Below are positions 39,601 to 50,165 of a DNA stretch of 64,000 nt, piece after piece. The position numbers and the translations under genes were made by a program. The first letter of the stretch is position 1. The number at the start of each line of letters is the position of its first letter. Below the pieces are notes generated by a model, which had not been told where the DNA came from, ran no database searches, and was given only the letters and a program-made list of their open reading frames with translations. This DNA comes from Lama glama (lineage: Eukaryota), in the NCBI GenBank assembly GCA_028534125.1, contig CM052818.1:5582001-5646000 (forward strand). The letters run 5' to 3'.

Positions 39601-40486
39601 TTTTGCCAGGGTCTCTAAATATTCTCTCCGTGTTTTTCTTTATAAGGCTTTGGGGGTGAAGTTCCTGGGTTCTTTTTTCTTTTCTGTTTATTTTTAATTC
39701 TTTCAGTCAACAAAGGAGACACATAAAACATATTCACCCAAACAGTATCTTTTGCTAAGTTAAAAATAATTGTAAATATAGTAACCAGGAGACCGTGATA
39801 GTTGACTGTCTTGAAATGAATCGAATTTAAGGGGAAAACTCGCTTCTACCAAGGGGCTCAAGTACAAAACTGTATCTTCCTAATTCACCTTCCACTTGTG
39901 CCCACAGTTTAATATATCAGAAGAGCAGAAATATTTTGTGTCCCTTTTGTGCTTGATAATAAAACAAAAATAGGGGGCAGGAAGGGAAAATCCCACCTGG
40001 AGTAAATTTTGAGTTGTATCTGGTGGAATAATTTCTATTACAGAAACATCATACCCATTCCAAATCTGTTCAGAGCATGATCTCAAAATGTTGTGCAGTC
40101 TCTGATGGATTTGAGAGGACTGGCTTTCAGGGAGCAAGACCCTAATTTCTTCCAAACTCATCCTTCCTTGAGTTAAACAGTAAGAAGAGGAAAGCACAGT
40201 ATGCATGTGTTTGAACTGCTAAAACTGCTTTAGCTCAAAAAGAGGTTAAAGGATATAAAGGACCAAAATATTCCTTTTGACTCAGATGGGAGGAAATTCT
40301 TGTGCATATTGTGCATATTCCTGTGCATATTTCCATGATACCTTCATCATGGAAAGTAAGTTAAATCACACTCAAATGCTGAGCTGCTAGGCTCAGAGCT
40401 TTCTTTGCAGGCTTTCCCAGACATCCACACGTGCCCATAGGAAGCTTGATGTATTATTGGAAACTATAGTTAGAATGTCTTGGTTG

Positions 40487-40540
40487 CACCAGAAATTAAC
40501 ACAACATTGTAAACTGACTACACTTCAATAATAAATAAAA
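40487..40540 (+). mobile_element. Younger L1, ~50-bp extreme 3' end
   Basis: 'caccagaaattaacacaacattgtaaactgactacacttcaataataaataaaa'; TSD agaatgtcttggttgca (40472-40488) / agaattacttggttgca (40541-40557). Confidence 0.9.
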
Positions 40541-40587
40541 AGAATTACTTGGTTGCATATCACAGAGAAACTCAAAATTACCGTGAC

Positions 40588-40692
40588 AAAAGGGAAAGAA
40601 GGAAAAGAAGAAAAAAAGGAAGGAAGGAAGGAAGGAAGGAAGGGAGAAAGGAAGCAAGGAAGGAAGGAAGAGGGAAGGGGAGGAAGGGACGG
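40588..40692. repeat. (GGAA)n purine-rich repeat
   Basis: 'aaggaaggaaggaaggaaggaagg...' read directly. Confidence 0.9.
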
Positions 40693-41969
40693 ATGAGGGT
40701 GTTTTCCTCCTGCTGTAAGAATAGAGGTAAGCAGCCCAGGACAAGTAAAGTGACTGCAAGGTGTCATCAGTGACCCAGGCTTCTGCCTTTCACTCTATGA
40801 TCCTACCAGGTGGTTTCTGTCTTCAAGGTCACCTCCTGGTTCCAGAGAGTCACTAGAACTTTAGCTATCCCTTCTCAGTTGCTGCTCTAACAAAGTGGGA
40901 ATGGCCGGAGGGCAAAAGAGTTTCCTCCCATCTGAGTCAAAACCAGAATCGCACAGAGAACTTCTGCTCGTAGCATTAGCTCAGTCACGTGACCACACGG
41001 AGCTGCAAGAGAGGCGGGGAACCATCTGTCACTCCAGGTAGCAATGGGTCTGACTCAAATTCAAGCTCTCTTCTTGAGGAAAGGAGAATGGATGTTGGGG
41101 CAGACAAGAAGCAGCCTCTGCCACAGGGATGCTTAAGTGACCAGGGTGTGAAATGTTTTTAGAGGAATATTCTGAGAACATACTTTTTATTTTTTCCCCC
41201 AGAAGGGGAAAGAGGTTTGCTGTTGAAGGCTATCCCTAATGCCAAACTGTGGACAGTGATGAGTGGAGTGCTAAGTCTTAGGGGCTGGACGTCACCAGAG
41301 TCTGGTTAAAAGAAAAAAAAAATCTACTTCCAAGCAGGAAAAGAAATTGTGCATCTGCGATCAATTCTTTCAGCTCATTGGAGACGTTATAGGGGTGAGA
41401 ATTGGGCTGTGGCACCGCCAGGCACCCAGGGAATTTGTTGGTATCTGTGCTGAGAGCGGGAAGTAGCAGAGAGGAGCGGCGGGACTGAGCCGTGACCTTG
41501 CACAGACCCGGTCTGGAATGGGACGCCTGCAGGACTCCTTAGCTCCCTGACCCTTGGCTTCTTTGTCTTGTTTTGTTTTTTGATCCTTGGTTTCCTTACT
41601 TCCAAAATTAGGGAATCAATATACCCCAAAGGGTTGCTGTAACATTAAAATGGGAATTCCATAAAGTCCATGTGCTCAATAAAGAGAAACTGTTAGCACT
41701 ATTATCATGCATGTTTGTAAACCCTGATTTAGAACAAGATAAGCAACCAGGCACTCCAGAGATGGAGGCGGATATTCACCTTGTCTGTCTAGTAAGTCTC
41801 TCTCTCTCACCTTTCCCTGTCTTTTCTCTTGCACTCTTAATTATTTCTGTTTCTAGCCCAGGTTAATTCCTTCTTACCACAACTTAGGGCTCCCAACTGT
41901 ATTCACTTAATAATTTGTACAAACCCATGAGTTACTACACCTAATTTATGAAAAGTCATAGTTACGAGA

Positions 41970-42180
41970 GGTAGGAGAGTATAAAGATTAAGATCTTGGA
42001 CTCAGGCATCAAACGTGAAACCCCAGCAGCGACCCTTGGTCAAGGACCCTTAACCCCTCTGGGTCTCAGTTTTCTCATCAGTAAATTGGAAATAATAATT
42101 CCTCTTTCATGAGTAGTGCCTGTGAAACACTGAGGTCAGAGTCTGGCACAGGGCAAGAAATGAACAAATAATGGCGACTA
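41970..42180 (+). mobile_element. MIR SINE
   Basis: 'gacccttggtcaagg...cttaacccctctgggtctcagttttctcatcagtaaattggaaataataat...gtctggcacag'. Confidence 0.75.
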
Positions 42181-42214
42181 CTACACGGTTAGAAGCAAGA
42201 GGGGGATGGAAGAG

Positions 42215-42435
42215 GAGTCACATTCACTGGGGGCCTCCTCTATGCCAGGCGCTATACTTGATCATAAAGTCTTCTGTAGCTTTTACTCCTTACATTGATC
42301 CTACAAGTTGTGAACCTTTCTTTACAGATGAGGAAACCAACGCTTAGAATGAACTTTCGAAAGATAGAAAGCAAATCAAAGTGGCATCATTTGGTCTTAG
42401 GTCTGTGTTTCCAAAGGTCATGCTCTTTCCACTTA
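42215..42435 (-). mobile_element. MIR SINE
   Basis: 'ctatgccaggcgctatact...tttacagatgaggaaaccaacgcttaga...gtctgtgtttccaaagg'. Confidence 0.7.
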
Positions 42436-43559
42436 TTCACCAGGAAGAAGCTGGCAGGCCAATTTCTAATTCAACCTCTTAAGACACCAAAGGGGCAGAG
42501 AAAAAAATTTAGGACACAGGCTACAATGATTACCTTGAGCACTGAAGTGACCTCAAAAGAATGCATTCGGCCTCTGACATGAATAAGTGTTGTTTTAAAC
42601 AGAGGCTGTACCATCCAATAATTTTTAAATGTCAAAATGGCTCAATCACTATGGGACTTTAGAAAACCTATTGTTTGTGTAGTTTTTAGAAGTTTTTCAT
42701 TTAAATGTTATTTTTTTATTGTGCCCCACACTAAACTTTCCTATATATGACTGCCATTCAGATATTGCATATGTTTCTGAAACAGTTAAGGAAAATGAAC
42801 ATTATTTTTTTAATGACACCTCTCATGTAAGAAACATGTGTATTTATAGATCTTCTGGTAATTCTCTACATTAATTCCTTGACCTCAAACTGACCGGAGA
42901 AGGTCAACAATTCCTGTAATGTCCCCGAGTGGTACATTTTCATCTCTAACTCAGCTGAAAAGTATATAAAAGCTCAGGCAGCCAGAAAGCACCCAAATAG
43001 CTCTGCGGCTGAGATGACCCCACGATGCAAGTTAATCCCTCCAAGGTCAACTGTAATTTATGTTCAATTAACTGGCTCAAGAAACCTGTTTTAGACAGAA
43101 GCCAGAAATTAGGAAACCCGTTGCTTGACTTTTGAGTGGGGAGCATGTTCTAAGAAAGCCACTATCAGGGAACCACAATAGGAGACTAACACCAGGCTTT
43201 TTTCCTGAGTGTACTTTCAGCTCCTCCACTGACCCCGCCGACTCACACCAGGCACGTGCTGGAAACCTGGAGGATTTGGATGGAAAGTCTGTTGCTCCTG
43301 TGGCTCGTGGATACTGTGCAAGGGACCAGGATTGCCAACCTCAGTCTCCACTTCAACGTGGAAGGTATCAAGTTAACCTTCTTTCAGGATCCGTCAACAA
43401 AACAGGAGGCAGTGAGAGGGGCTCCTGCTGACCATCTCTGAAAAATACTAGCATAAAAAATAAAGGGCGTAGAAATGAAGCAGAACCCAGTAAATAAAGC
43501 AAGAATCTGATAGTCCAGACAAATAGAAATAAGTAAATGGATAAATAAATAAGAGGACA

Positions 43560-44680
43560 AAGGAAAAGCTTTTCCTTACAATAGAATGACAACCAATAAA
43601 TGGAGTTAGAAGACCACCAGTGAATGTGAAAACCAGTGAATAAAGGTTTGATGAGGAAGAGGACAGTTATACAGTAATCTCAGACGATCTCTATGTCCTG
43701 CTTGGCAGACAACACCTTAATGAGACAAATGAGGTTAACGTCACGGATCCTGGAACAAATAGACATCAGGTGCCAGTGGATGCCATGGACTGAGGGCATC
43801 TCATTCTCTTCTGTGGTGCTTGTGCCAAACATGCACTGCCTGAATCCAATCGTAAGGAAACATCATGCAAACCTCAGCTGAGGCACATTCCACAAAATAA
43901 TGCATCTGGACTCTCAAAAATGTCTAGGTCGAGAAAGACTGAGAAACTGCTTATTCCAGGTCTAAGGAGACTAAAGAAAAATGACAAGTGAAAGGTAATG
44001 TGTGATCCTGGATTAGATTCTGTGTCAGGAAGAAATAGCTATAAAGGACATTGTTTTGGCAATTGATGAAATTTGAATATGGACTGTGGCCTCAGTAACA
44101 GTGTTACATCAATAGTCAATTTCCTGCTTTTAGTAATTATTCTGTGGTTATGTATGAAAAAGTCCTCGTTCTTAGAACATACCCACTGAAGTATTTAGTA
44201 ATAAAAGGAGATTTCTCCCCAACTCAAGCTCGAAGTGTTCAAAGAAAAGTTATATCTTATATGAAAGAGAAAGAGAGAGAACCATAAAGCAAAAGTCAAA
44301 ATGCATACAATTTTTGATTCTGGGTAAAGGATTAAAGGATTACAGGAGTCCTCTGTATTATTCTTGCAACTTTTCTATAAGTTTAAAATACATCATTTAT
44401 GTCAAAATGAAAAGTATTTTTAATTTTAAATTGAAAACTACAGCAGAACAGTCATTATTATGTAAAGATACATTCTGAAGTATTCGAAAGTGAAGAGAGC
44501 TGGTATCTAGTGTCTGATTGACAATATTCCAGAATAAAAGAGAGAGCAAGAAAAGGAGAGAAAAAGATAAAACAAAAGTAATTCTTGAATCTGAGTGATG
44601 AATACACAGGGAACTGTTGTCTCAGTCTCTCTACTTTTGTACATGTTTGAAATTTTTCCATAATAAAAAAGGTTTTAAAA
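43560..44680 (+). mobile_element. Old L1 3' region (L1MC4/5-like)
   Basis: 'aaggagactaaagaaaaatgacaagtgaa...tgtgtgatcctggattagattctg...ataaaggacattgttttggcaattgatgaaatttgaatatggactgtg...ctgaagtattta'. Confidence 0.8.
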
Positions 44681-45539
44681 TTTTAAGCCCCCTCTAAGTT
44701 GATGCCCGCCCTCCAACTCCAGCAATGACAACAATGATAATTCAGCACCCTCCCCTCCCCCCAAACAGCATTCCAGTTCGCCCACATTCCTGAGAGTCAA
44801 GGTAAAAAATCTGAATTGTTTGGACCATCCTCCAGATTATAATTTGGCTTCGAAAGCAGCATTGTATGAGAATGATGTGACTTTAATGGACTTTCACCAA
44901 TGTCCCAATTCAGGAAGCGAGAACTACCTGCTGGTAGTTCCCTTAATGCCCTGTGCTAATACAAAGTGAAGGAGGTTCACGTTCACTATTTCTTCTGTTC
45001 AGAAAACATGTTCTACAGCCCAGCTGGAATCAGAAACCCTAGGAACTGGATAGGCTTTCAGAAAGGCAGCCAGAGGTGCGGAGCTGTGCTTACCACACTC
45101 CGAGATGACACATTCTCACGCATTGCATGAACTTGACATTAGGTTCTGGAAGATTTCTATCTGAGGGAAAGTTTACACCTTTGACATTTAAATCTTGGGG
45201 AAATAAGCAGGGAAAAAAAGCACTCCCTAACGTAAGATCGAAAACAAAACCCAACATCAAACTTCAATAGACACCTTGAAATCCGGGGGAACGCCGAGTC
45301 CTTCTGGGAATCCTGTCAAGCAAGAGATACTTCCTATTTACTATGATTTTCATCCCTGAAGGTGAAACTTCATTCCAGGTGCTAATTCATTCAGAATGTA
45401 AGAAAGCAAAGGAAAAGGGTCATTAAGTAAAACCATTTAGTGGCAACTCCATTAATAAGGATGAGATTTAAACGTGCACAGCAAGTCTGAAAGTCCCACA
45501 ATAAAAAATAATAAAAAAAAATAAAACCCACCATAGAGA

Positions 45540-45720
45540 CACTCATTATTTAACTTCACTCCCACAAACACCTGTAAGTTAGCCTTGGAAGGTAAAATTC
45601 ATCCCTGTTTTACAGGTGAATAGACTGGTGCTCACTGTGATTGATGTCACTGAAGTCACACAATAAGGCAATGAGAAGGCTGGGACTCATCCAGAAGATT
45701 TCCCAGCTCCCAGTTACACA
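45540..45720 (-). mobile_element. MIR fragment
   Basis: 'catccctgttttacaggtgaatagactgg...gaagtcacac...gctgggactcatcc'. Confidence 0.6.
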
Positions 45721-46554
45721 CAGGTCATGTGTAGAATTCCCAAGAACAATGGCCAGGAAAATTCATGGGCGGCAAACCTTTCATGAACACCCCGCTGCTC
45801 ACCGCAGGTTCTGTGCCCCACCTGGCGTGGTTTCTCTAAAGCAGACTTTACAAATCAGCCTAGACTGTTCAAAGTCAACAGTTACAAACCGCTTCACAAG
45901 ACAATGTCAGATCTGCTTGGGGTCTTCTGCGACATTTTCAGTAAAATCTGATATCAACATGTTATTCACAAAAACATACAACTTGATGCCACAGAGATTC
46001 CCCCTGTCAGCATCATGTGCCTAGGAGAATTTGAGAAAATCATTTTTAATTAAAAGTGCCAAACATTAGAATCAAGCTGAGGTATTCGAAATACTAAAGA
46101 GAATTAACCAGGTAGGATGACTGGCCTAAATTTCTTGGGTAATAAAGGGAGTAAAATCATTGACTTAACCTTTGTGCTCAGATGCGGGTTTAATTCCCAC
46201 TAAACGTAATGAAAACGCTGCCTACAAATGCCATAACCGAGCATGGTCCTAAAAACTGCAGCATGGTCATTTGAAATCCACTGTATTTTAAAAATGACCC
46301 CAATAGTCCATGCAGATATGAACGCACTGAGACATAAAGGAGCTTTGGGAAAACCCAGGAGCAGAGAGGAGTGATGATGTCACCTTCCATGGTAAACTCA
46401 GCAAAAGTGTTTGATAAATATTTGACACATAAATAAGGTGGAGGTAAATGTAGCATTTTCTTAGCAGACATATCCTGAGTTCATTTATGAACAACTGATA
46501 TGGCCACTGCTTCTCAGATTGTTGAGGAATTCAAATTCTTAATCTCCCTATTGC

Positions 46555-46882
46555 AGTCCAAAATCAAGCTAGTGGTGGGTTTGATTTTTTTTCTAAGTCC
46601 TCTCTCCTTGGCTTGCAGACGGCTGCCTTCTCCCTGTGTCTTCACGTGGCTTTGTGCAGCCCTCGTGTCTCTTTTTGTGCCCAAATGTCTTCTTATTTTT
46701 AGGACACCCATCATATTGGGTTAATCCATCTATATATCTCATCTAACCTTAACTATCTCTTTAAAGGCTCTATCTCCAAATAGAGTCACATTTTGAGATA
46801 CTAGGTAACCCCGAATTAGGGCTTCAACATATGACCTATGGGGTCGGAGGGAGGCGGAGAAGGACACATTTCAGCCTATGAA
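46555..46882 (-). mobile_element. MaLR LTR (MLT1B/C-like)
   Basis: 'cctctctccttggcttgcagacggctgccttctccctgtgtcttcacgtgg...aggacacccatcatattgg...tatctccaaatagagtcacatt...ttagggcttcaacatatga'. Confidence 0.85.
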
Positions 46883-47989
46883 ACTCCTATTGCCTGAATC
46901 CTCAGCCCTCTTAGGGAGTTTCTGAGCCAAGCTGCATCAGATTTCAGATGAGATTTGAATACCTTCCCCAAGCCAAGCTGAGTTTCAGATTTTCACCAAA
47001 GGCATGTAGGTGGGGTCTCTCTTGTACCCCATTTCTGTAAGTTTAGAGCTCCTGGCTTGTTCTAATTATAGAGCAAAATTTAGAAGCCCTTTACCTACTT
47101 GGAAGCTATCCAATTTCATCTTTCCAGATATTTTACTTGAATCACCTTATTGGAGTTAACTGTCCCATCTGCCCAGTCACCAGCTAGACAGCAACATGTT
47201 TACCTTTGTCTTTGTTCCTGTAACCAACAAAGGTGGAAATACTACCAGGAATAAACGTGTACAGTTTAGTAGAGGACAAAGGCAAAACCTTCCCATGGCA
47301 CGCCTTTTGCATGGCACGTGGGGAGAGCCTGCAACGAGAGATCAAGGGTTGACACTGGGTGAGGACCTTTGCTCCCTGCTTCTTATCTCCAGACACAGCT
47401 TAAAGACCAGTGTCTAAGTTACTCTTTGAGGGAGAAGATGTATTTGGAAGACGTGACTCTATCTCAGAGATGCCTCAAGATACTGTGGAATGTTGCAACT
47501 CTGCCATTTGTCAACTACATGACATAACTCTGTGACCGATGAAGAAAGAGGGATGTTGTCCACCACTGACAGCAAAATCTTCCACCTCGCAGGTGACTAT
47601 TTCTGGCAACCCTGCCACTTGAGTTTCACTGTTTCCCTGCCCCCAGAATGAGACCTCTGATACATTATAAAGAGTCCTGCACACACATGTGGATGAGTTA
47701 ACTACTCTCTCCTGAAAAAAACAACTCAGGATGCTTCAGCACTGCTGAAGAAAATCACACAGCCATGCACAAAGTGGTGCCCGCTGGTCTCCAATTCCCT
47801 TCGTGTCCCTGACCCTGGCCAGCAAGCGTTGCATGTCTGGTCAGCTCCCTCTCCCCTTTTCCATTGTGATATTAACATTTAGCCTTCTTGTCAAGTCTTT
47901 TCCTTCCTGCTATCCTTGGGGTGACCAAACTTCCTGGTTTATCCAGGACCCATGAAGGGGGTTCTTTGGCGAGATGTGGGACTTTCAAT

Positions 47990-48830
47990 GCAAAAAAAAA
48001 CCTTGTTACCATCCTAACCTCTCACTCTTCATCAAATGATTACCCACATCACAAAAAAGACAAGTCAGGTCATTAGGTGTGAACTGCCCCAGTTTTTTCC
48101 TCCACCATCCCCTTACCTGGACATACATCTGTACCCTTCATTCCCCTTCAGCCTAAAGGCTTGGGTATCCCACTGCTGATTCACAGCTCAATTCCCCACC
48201 CTGATGGTTAAATGACGATGTCCACATTATTTAACCCTTTTTATTGCAATTTCAACACTTCCTTCCCTTTCCCCACATTCTACAAATACGTACACGTCTT
48301 CCCCATCTTCAAAATCAGATATCCTTCCCCCTTTACGTTCCCCTTTATTGACATCCCTACTCCCAGCCTTTTCTTCACTGTAAACTTCTTGAGAGAGATT
48401 CTTAATAATCTCATCTACTCCAGTGGCTCCTCCTAAATTTTTATCTCCAGCCCAGACCTCTCTACTAAAGGAAGTAGTAGAAGTGTGTCTTCATCTTCCT
48501 AATGAACATCTTATCTTGATAACCCACAAGTATCTTAAACTCAAAATGTCTAAAATCAAGTTATCATTTTTCTTTCCAACATGCCCCTCTTCTAAAGTCA
48601 CTGCCCCAACAAATGGAACCACAACCTGTCCAATGTTCCAAACCGGAAACCACTGCTTTCATCTTCTCTCTATCCATCATCTCCCACATTCCATACAGCC
48701 TTCTGTCTCCTAACTATCTTCTCTTATACATCACTCTCACTCCTGGACCCCACTGTGATCACAACAGCCTCCTCATTGGTTTCTTAGCTCCCCTGTTCTA
48801 GTCCCACCTCCTCCCCGTTCTCATGCATGA
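47990..48830 (+). mobile_element. L2 LINE fragments
   Basis: Pyrimidine-rich 'ctcctaaatttttatctccagcccagacctctct...cttaaactcaaaatgtctaaaatcaag...caacagcctcctcattggttt'. Confidence 0.7.
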
Positions 48831-49429
48831 GGTTGGCATCTGCGAGGTCATGGATCGAGCTATTCCTGTTACGCAGGAGAAGAGAAAAGCTTTGACTTAG
48901 CCCTCTGAACACCAAACTGGCCGCGAGGATGTCTCCTGGGGATGAGGGAACAATTTCTAATTTGTTCACGAAAATGACTGGATCGATGTCCCCCCTGGCT
49001 CAGTGGCTGATTCAAACAACTGTGTAAATTAGAAGGTAGTCATAAGGGCACCTGTGTTTCATTGTAGGCATGCCATGTGCCAACAGGCTGCAATGCACCT
49101 GTGGAAACCAATGTCTCTATTTTTTTGCAGTGTTAGACCCAATAATCTGTTTTACCCTGGCCTCTGGGGTTGGATGGTTGCTAACAAGTTGGGCTGTTAC
49201 AGAAGCCACTGGTCATCTCACACCATTAGCTGGTGTGAATTTCAGTGCTGTCCTACGATGTCCTCCTGCTCCTCTCCTCCAGCCACACTGGCAAAGTCGC
49301 CATTTTCCAAGTAAGCCACTTTCTCTCCCAACTCAGTGCCCTTGCCTGGAAGACCCCCTCCTCCTTCAGCATTCTCAAACAAGTCCATTCAGAATTAACG
49401 ATCTTACTTTTCACTTGGAAGAATAGAAC

Positions 49430-49905
49430 AAGACCGCTGGTGGGTCACATCTGCCTAGAAGCTGTGATGCTCCTGGGACAGTTTGCCTTCCAAGCTCTTC
49501 CTTGCCCTGCTCTGTATTGCAGGAGGGCAGAGCTGGTGTCTGGCAGAGCTGGATTCTGTGTCAGCTGGTTTCTTGCTGGTTTTAGCTGAAGGGAGGTACT
49601 GGTGATGAATTAGAGTGTGAAAGACAAGACTCCAGAATATTCCTCCCTCTCTCATCTCCTCCATAGCTCCAGCATCACTAGACTGGCTGCTTACAACTTC
49701 TACTGGTGACTGCTCCCTGGAGTCTGACACCTGCTCCCTCTGTCCCTCTGGTCTTTGGGAGGCAACAGCCTCCTGAGATCACTGCCACATGCTTGCCTTC
49801 AAAGCCTCTTGTCCCTGGTGCAATCAATTCACTACATTAAAGTCTATCCCTTGTACGTAACACTCAGAGTGACTTCTGTTTCCCTGATTGAACTTGGCTG
49901 TGAAA
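49430..49905 (+). mobile_element. Possible ERVL LTR (LTR33/LTR16-like)
   Basis: 3' end 'cattaaa...actcagagtgacttctgtttccctgattgaac' resembles ERVL LTR termini. Confidence 0.5.
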
Positions 49906-50029
49906 ACATTCCTTGATCTCCACTCCTGCCTTCAGCCCACCACAAAGGCTCTCAAGGGTGCCCTCCCGGCAGGTGGCTGGTTTAACTTTTATGCCTCCAC
50001 AGCACCTATGTCTACTGCTACCAGCTCCA

Positions 50030-50165
50030 CTCCCAGCTGAGCTCTTGAGGGCAGAAACATTGTTCTATTAATTTCAGCATCTCCACCCTCACCCCTCCAT
50101 GTCCTGCTCACAGCTCGGGGGACAGGAGGTGCTCAAAATTTTGAAACATGCATGCACACATGGGT
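50030..50165 (+). mobile_element. L2 3' end
   Basis: 'gagctcttgagggcagaaacattgttctatt...catctcca...caggaggtgctcaaaa'. Confidence 0.65.

Larger units (their letters stand above)
40465..41125 (-). mobile_element. Old MaLR LTR (MLT1K-like) containing a tiny L1 and a GGAA repeat
   Basis: Begins 'ttggttgca...acagagaaactcaa', contains 'gtcacgtgaccacacggagctgcaagagaggc', ends 'gcagcctctgccaca'. Confidence 0.65.

Noticed and set aside
40301..40332. Three copies of 'tgtgcatatt', and similar micro-duplications at ~27943-27973 and 30301-30344
   Set aside because: Ordinary short slippage repeats; not CRISPR-like and no evidence of function.
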